In this document: in pieces, positions 60,574-64,000 of the stretch
Layout: the number at the start of each line of letters is the position of its first letter
Position numbering within the stretch: position 1 is the stretch's first letter
NCBI GenBank assembly: GCA_964016885.1
Contig: OZ024742.1
Location: forward strand, 314,030,001-314,094,000
DNA from: Eledone cirrhosa
Taxonomy: Eukaryota
DNA length: 64,000 bases
Direction: 5' to 3'
Notes under the pieces: model-generated
What the model was told of the DNA's origin: nothing
Databases searched by the model: none
What the model saw: the letters and a program-made list of their open reading frames with translations, nothing else
Made by a program: the position numbers and the translations under genes

Positions 60574-63500
60574 ATGGCTGTGTTGAGAGTAGGGTGTCTA
60601 AATGCGCGTGGCCTGGGCTCACCTTGGAAGCAAGCAATGCTTCTAAATGACCTCAGGTCACAATCTATAAATGTGATGGTTATCTGCGAATCCCGGATCA
60701 GCAGCGTGCGACAGCTGGCTCCCACCTTTGATGACTTTGAGATGCACGCATCGCTCTGTCAGCCCGGACGTGGGGGTGGGGTTGTCGTTCTGCTGCAAAA
60801 ACATATGGGCCTTGCAACACAGATAGTTCACTTGGACCCAGGGGGTCGACTGGTGGTGCTGGATCTTGACAGTGGTGAAGGTGGAGCCTTTAGGCTGGTA
60901 GCCGGATATGCCCCTTTTGGGACAGAGCGGCCCGACTTCTTCCAAAGTCTGGAGTCTCTTCTAGGGACGTCCCGTTCCCTGCTTTTAGTGGGGGACTGGA
61001 ATGGTATCCTGGATGCACGTTGGGACTATGCAGGGGCATGTCCCAATAGAGAGGGGTGTAACAGCCTCAAGGAGTTACTCGGCCGATTTGACCTGGCCGA
61101 TAGATTTCGACTAGATTTTCCGACTGTGCCAACCTGGTCTTGGACAAATCGCGGCGGTCAATCTAGATCGTACCTAGATAGGTTCTTAGTTAGAAATAAG
61201 GACAGGAACTTTTTAAGTTGTCCAGAAATGCTCATGGTTGGCTATTCAGACCACAAGTTAGTGACCTGCATGGTCAACCTTGATAGAACGCATAGACAGG
61301 GTCCCGGTTACTGGAAGTTCAACTTGTCCTTACCGGCAAGTAAAGATTACAGGGACCGGATTAGTACGTTAGTTAAGGAGCGGTTGACTGGAGCGATCGT
61401 CAACAGCAGGTGGTGGGTATCTCTAAAGAGAGAGATTAGATTAGTCTCGATAGAATTTAGTAAGGTTTGGGCAGCGGATAGGAATAGGAAGGAAAGGGAG
61501 CTGATAGATAGAGTAGAAGAGGCACTTAGAAGCGGCGACGTGGCCAGAGTGCTAGCGTGGAGAACGGCTTTGAGCCAGTTTTTCGACGCGAAGCACGAAG
61601 GCTGCGTTGTCCGAAGTAAAATACGTGCTCTAGGAAACGAGCAGACCAAAGCTGTTAGCTGGGCTCGCGTGACAGAAGCCAAGAGTGGAATTAAATCCAC
61701 CATCCGTCTTTGCGAGACCAGGATGGACGGGCGATCCTTGAACCTAAGCAGATGTGTGAGGCCTTTCAAAGGCACTTTGCCCAATTGTTCGGAAGGGGCG
61801 GGGAGCCGGTTGGGGAAGAGGACTTCGGTCAAACCTCGACGGCCTGCCGCGTCTTTCGGACGAGGAGGTGAAGTCCTGCGAGGAGCCGATTCCAGCCGCT
61901 GAGATAGAGGACGTGCTGAGCCAATGCGGCAAACGCAAATCCCCGGGTCTCGATGGTCTTCCATACGAACTATATCTAGCTATGCCGGACTTGTTCCCCG
62001 ATCTCCTCGAGGCGGTCTACTGCAACTGCCAACATAACGGGAGAATTCCCTGTTCTGTGACCAAGGGCGTAGTCACGCTAGTGAGGAAGGACGAGAACAA
62101 GGGGGACGAAATAAGTAACTTCAGGCCCATAACTCTGCTAAATACAGAGTTACAGATTTTGGCCAAGGTTTAGCAAAGAGGTTGGCTCTTGTCGTGGGCA
62201 ACCTGGTGGAAGATGCGCAGACATGTGCTATCCTGTCCAGATCCATCCACGACAACCTCCACATCATGCGATACATCATAGAGAAGGTTGGGAACGAACC
62301 CGGCTTTAGTGGGGCCCTAATCAACTTGGATCAATCTAAGGCGTTCAATAGGGTCGATCATGGTTACGGTGCTAGCGGCGGCAGGCTTCGGACCCGTTTT
62401 CAGGGGCTGGATCACTGCTATGCACAGCAGCCGCATCTGCTCTAGAGTCAAGGTGAACGGCTACCTCTCGGAGCCGTTCGAAATCTCGCGGTCCATCCGA
62501 CAAGGGTGCCCTCTCTCCTCCCTTCTGTATGTATTGACTCTCGAGCCACTACTGCGGAAGCTGGAGTTGTTGCAGGGCATCCATTTGGAACCGCGATTGC
62601 GGAAAGCGGTGTCGGGCTACGCCGATGACGTGACAGTTCTGGTGTCGACGGCCTCAGAAATCGGGGCGATCGGCACCTTACTGGAGGAGTACGAAAGGTT
62701 TACAGGGGCTAAGCTGAACCGGGACAAGTCGATCGGTTTGCAACTCGGCACGTGGAGGGAAAACCGATGCCCTCCGATGGCGTCGTCGGACGGTGGGCCC
62801 GGTGAAGTTTCTCGGGGTCTGGTTCGGACCAGACCTCCAGGTGGAGAAGAACTGGGGTGAGGTTACTAACAGGGTGTTTGCACTGACCCAGAAGTGGGCC
62901 AGTTGCAAATTATCCCTGAATCGGGTGGAGGTGGCGAACACCTATATAGCGTCCGTCATCTACTACGCCTGACCGTTGTGCCTTGCCCAAGGGAAACCCT
63001 GGCCAGGATGGAGGGCGCACTCTTCCAGTTCCTTTGGAAGAAGCGGGCTCCTTTGGTTAGAAAATCCATCTGCTGTCAACACCCTTGGAAAGGAGGGCTG
63101 GGGATGCTGTGGCTAATGATGCGTAAACACGCATTAAGGCTACAGCACCTCCACGTATTCCTCACCGGTCAACCGGTGTGGGCCCCGTTTGTGAGACGAA
63201 CCTTTCCAAGACTCGTCTCACTCACCGAACTGCAATCCTGGGTCAAGCAAAGACCAAGAAAACTGGGCGCCTGGGACACTGAGTGTGCCCAGGCGCTCAC
63301 GGCCTTCTGGCAGGCGGACCCGGTTATCAGTGGAGACTCTATCGCGACATTCTATAGAGGGCTGGTACGCAGCAAGTGCGACGACGCCCTCAGAGAAGCC
63401 CTAGACATGGAGGAAGACGAACTGGCCATCCTGTTCGGTAGGACATTCAGCCCGGGACCTATGGACAACTTCCAGAAGTCCCTGGCTTGGAAGTGCTACT

Positions 63501-63976
63501 GAGGGGCTCTACCCGTTCGAGAAAAGCTCTACAGACACGGGCGTCCGGGTAGGGACCCCGCCAAAAAGATCTGTCCCAGATGCGTGTGCGACGAGGGAAC
63601 CGTTGCACACGCATTGGTACACTGCTCGGTCGTAGCCGATCTGTGGGGCTATGTCGAACGAATACTGTCACGGGTGGGACCGATCCGGTTTACCACCGAA
63701 GCCATTGTAATGATTAAGCCGCCTCCCCCCTTCAAAAATGAAGGAGAGGCGGTGTTTCTGTGCGTGAAAGAGGTTGTATGGTGGATGCGTCTGAAAGGAC
63801 TGAGGTCAGGCACCTTTCTCTCTGGCCAACAACTGATCCGTTTCTTCCGATATCATTTCGGAAGAAGGATCAGGATGGAGAGGGAGGTGCTCCACCCCAG
63901 TCGTTTTTATGAAAGGTGGGTGAAAGTGGCGAGAATGGCCCGTGTGAATGGGCCTTCTCTCTACATCAGCCTGTAG
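60574..63976 (+). pseudogene. A4 ORF2, frameshifted
   Basis: APE, RT (YADD) and CCHC motifs spread over several frames. Confidence 0.9.
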
Positions 63977-64000
63977 GTGGAAAAGATGAAGGAACGAGGG

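Larger units (their letters stand above)
58525..64000 (+). mobile_element. Tx1 family A copy A4: 5'-complete, decayed, sister subfamily; continues past the window end
   Basis: (TATC)n at 58430-58524 at the 5' junction; ORF1 and ORF2 collinear with A1 but with multiple frameshifts and stops. Confidence 0.92.

Overview
Eukaryotic, AT-rich, microsatellite-dense DNA with no recognisable host gene. The repeat spectrum suggests an invertebrate, possibly a coleoid cephalopod (inference only). All credible coding sequence belongs to mobile elements. (1) A Tx1-like (L1 group, APE+RT) LINE family 'A' occurs in four copies, each bounded by (TATC)n wherever a junction is visible; one copy is full-length with both ORFs open. 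(2) A closely related Tx1-like family 'B' occurs in two copies inside (ATT)n. (3) An R4/Dong-like RT+restriction-like-endonuclease (RLE) element sits in the same array on the opposite strand, reading (AAT)n. (4) Remnants of a second RLE family sit in (CATA)n. (5) Penelope-like elements (PLEs) and many hammerhead ribozyme motifs sit in or beside (TA)n. (6) There are also a CRE-like fragment, a deleted mariner and two tRNA-derived SINE families; the main SINE shows target-site duplications starting ATTAT. The main candidate system is a community of retroelements that partitions the microsatellites by motif and strand, including a natural pair of similar Tx1 ORF2 proteins with different targets. 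All alignments and RNA folds were done by eye, and novelty has not been checked against databases.
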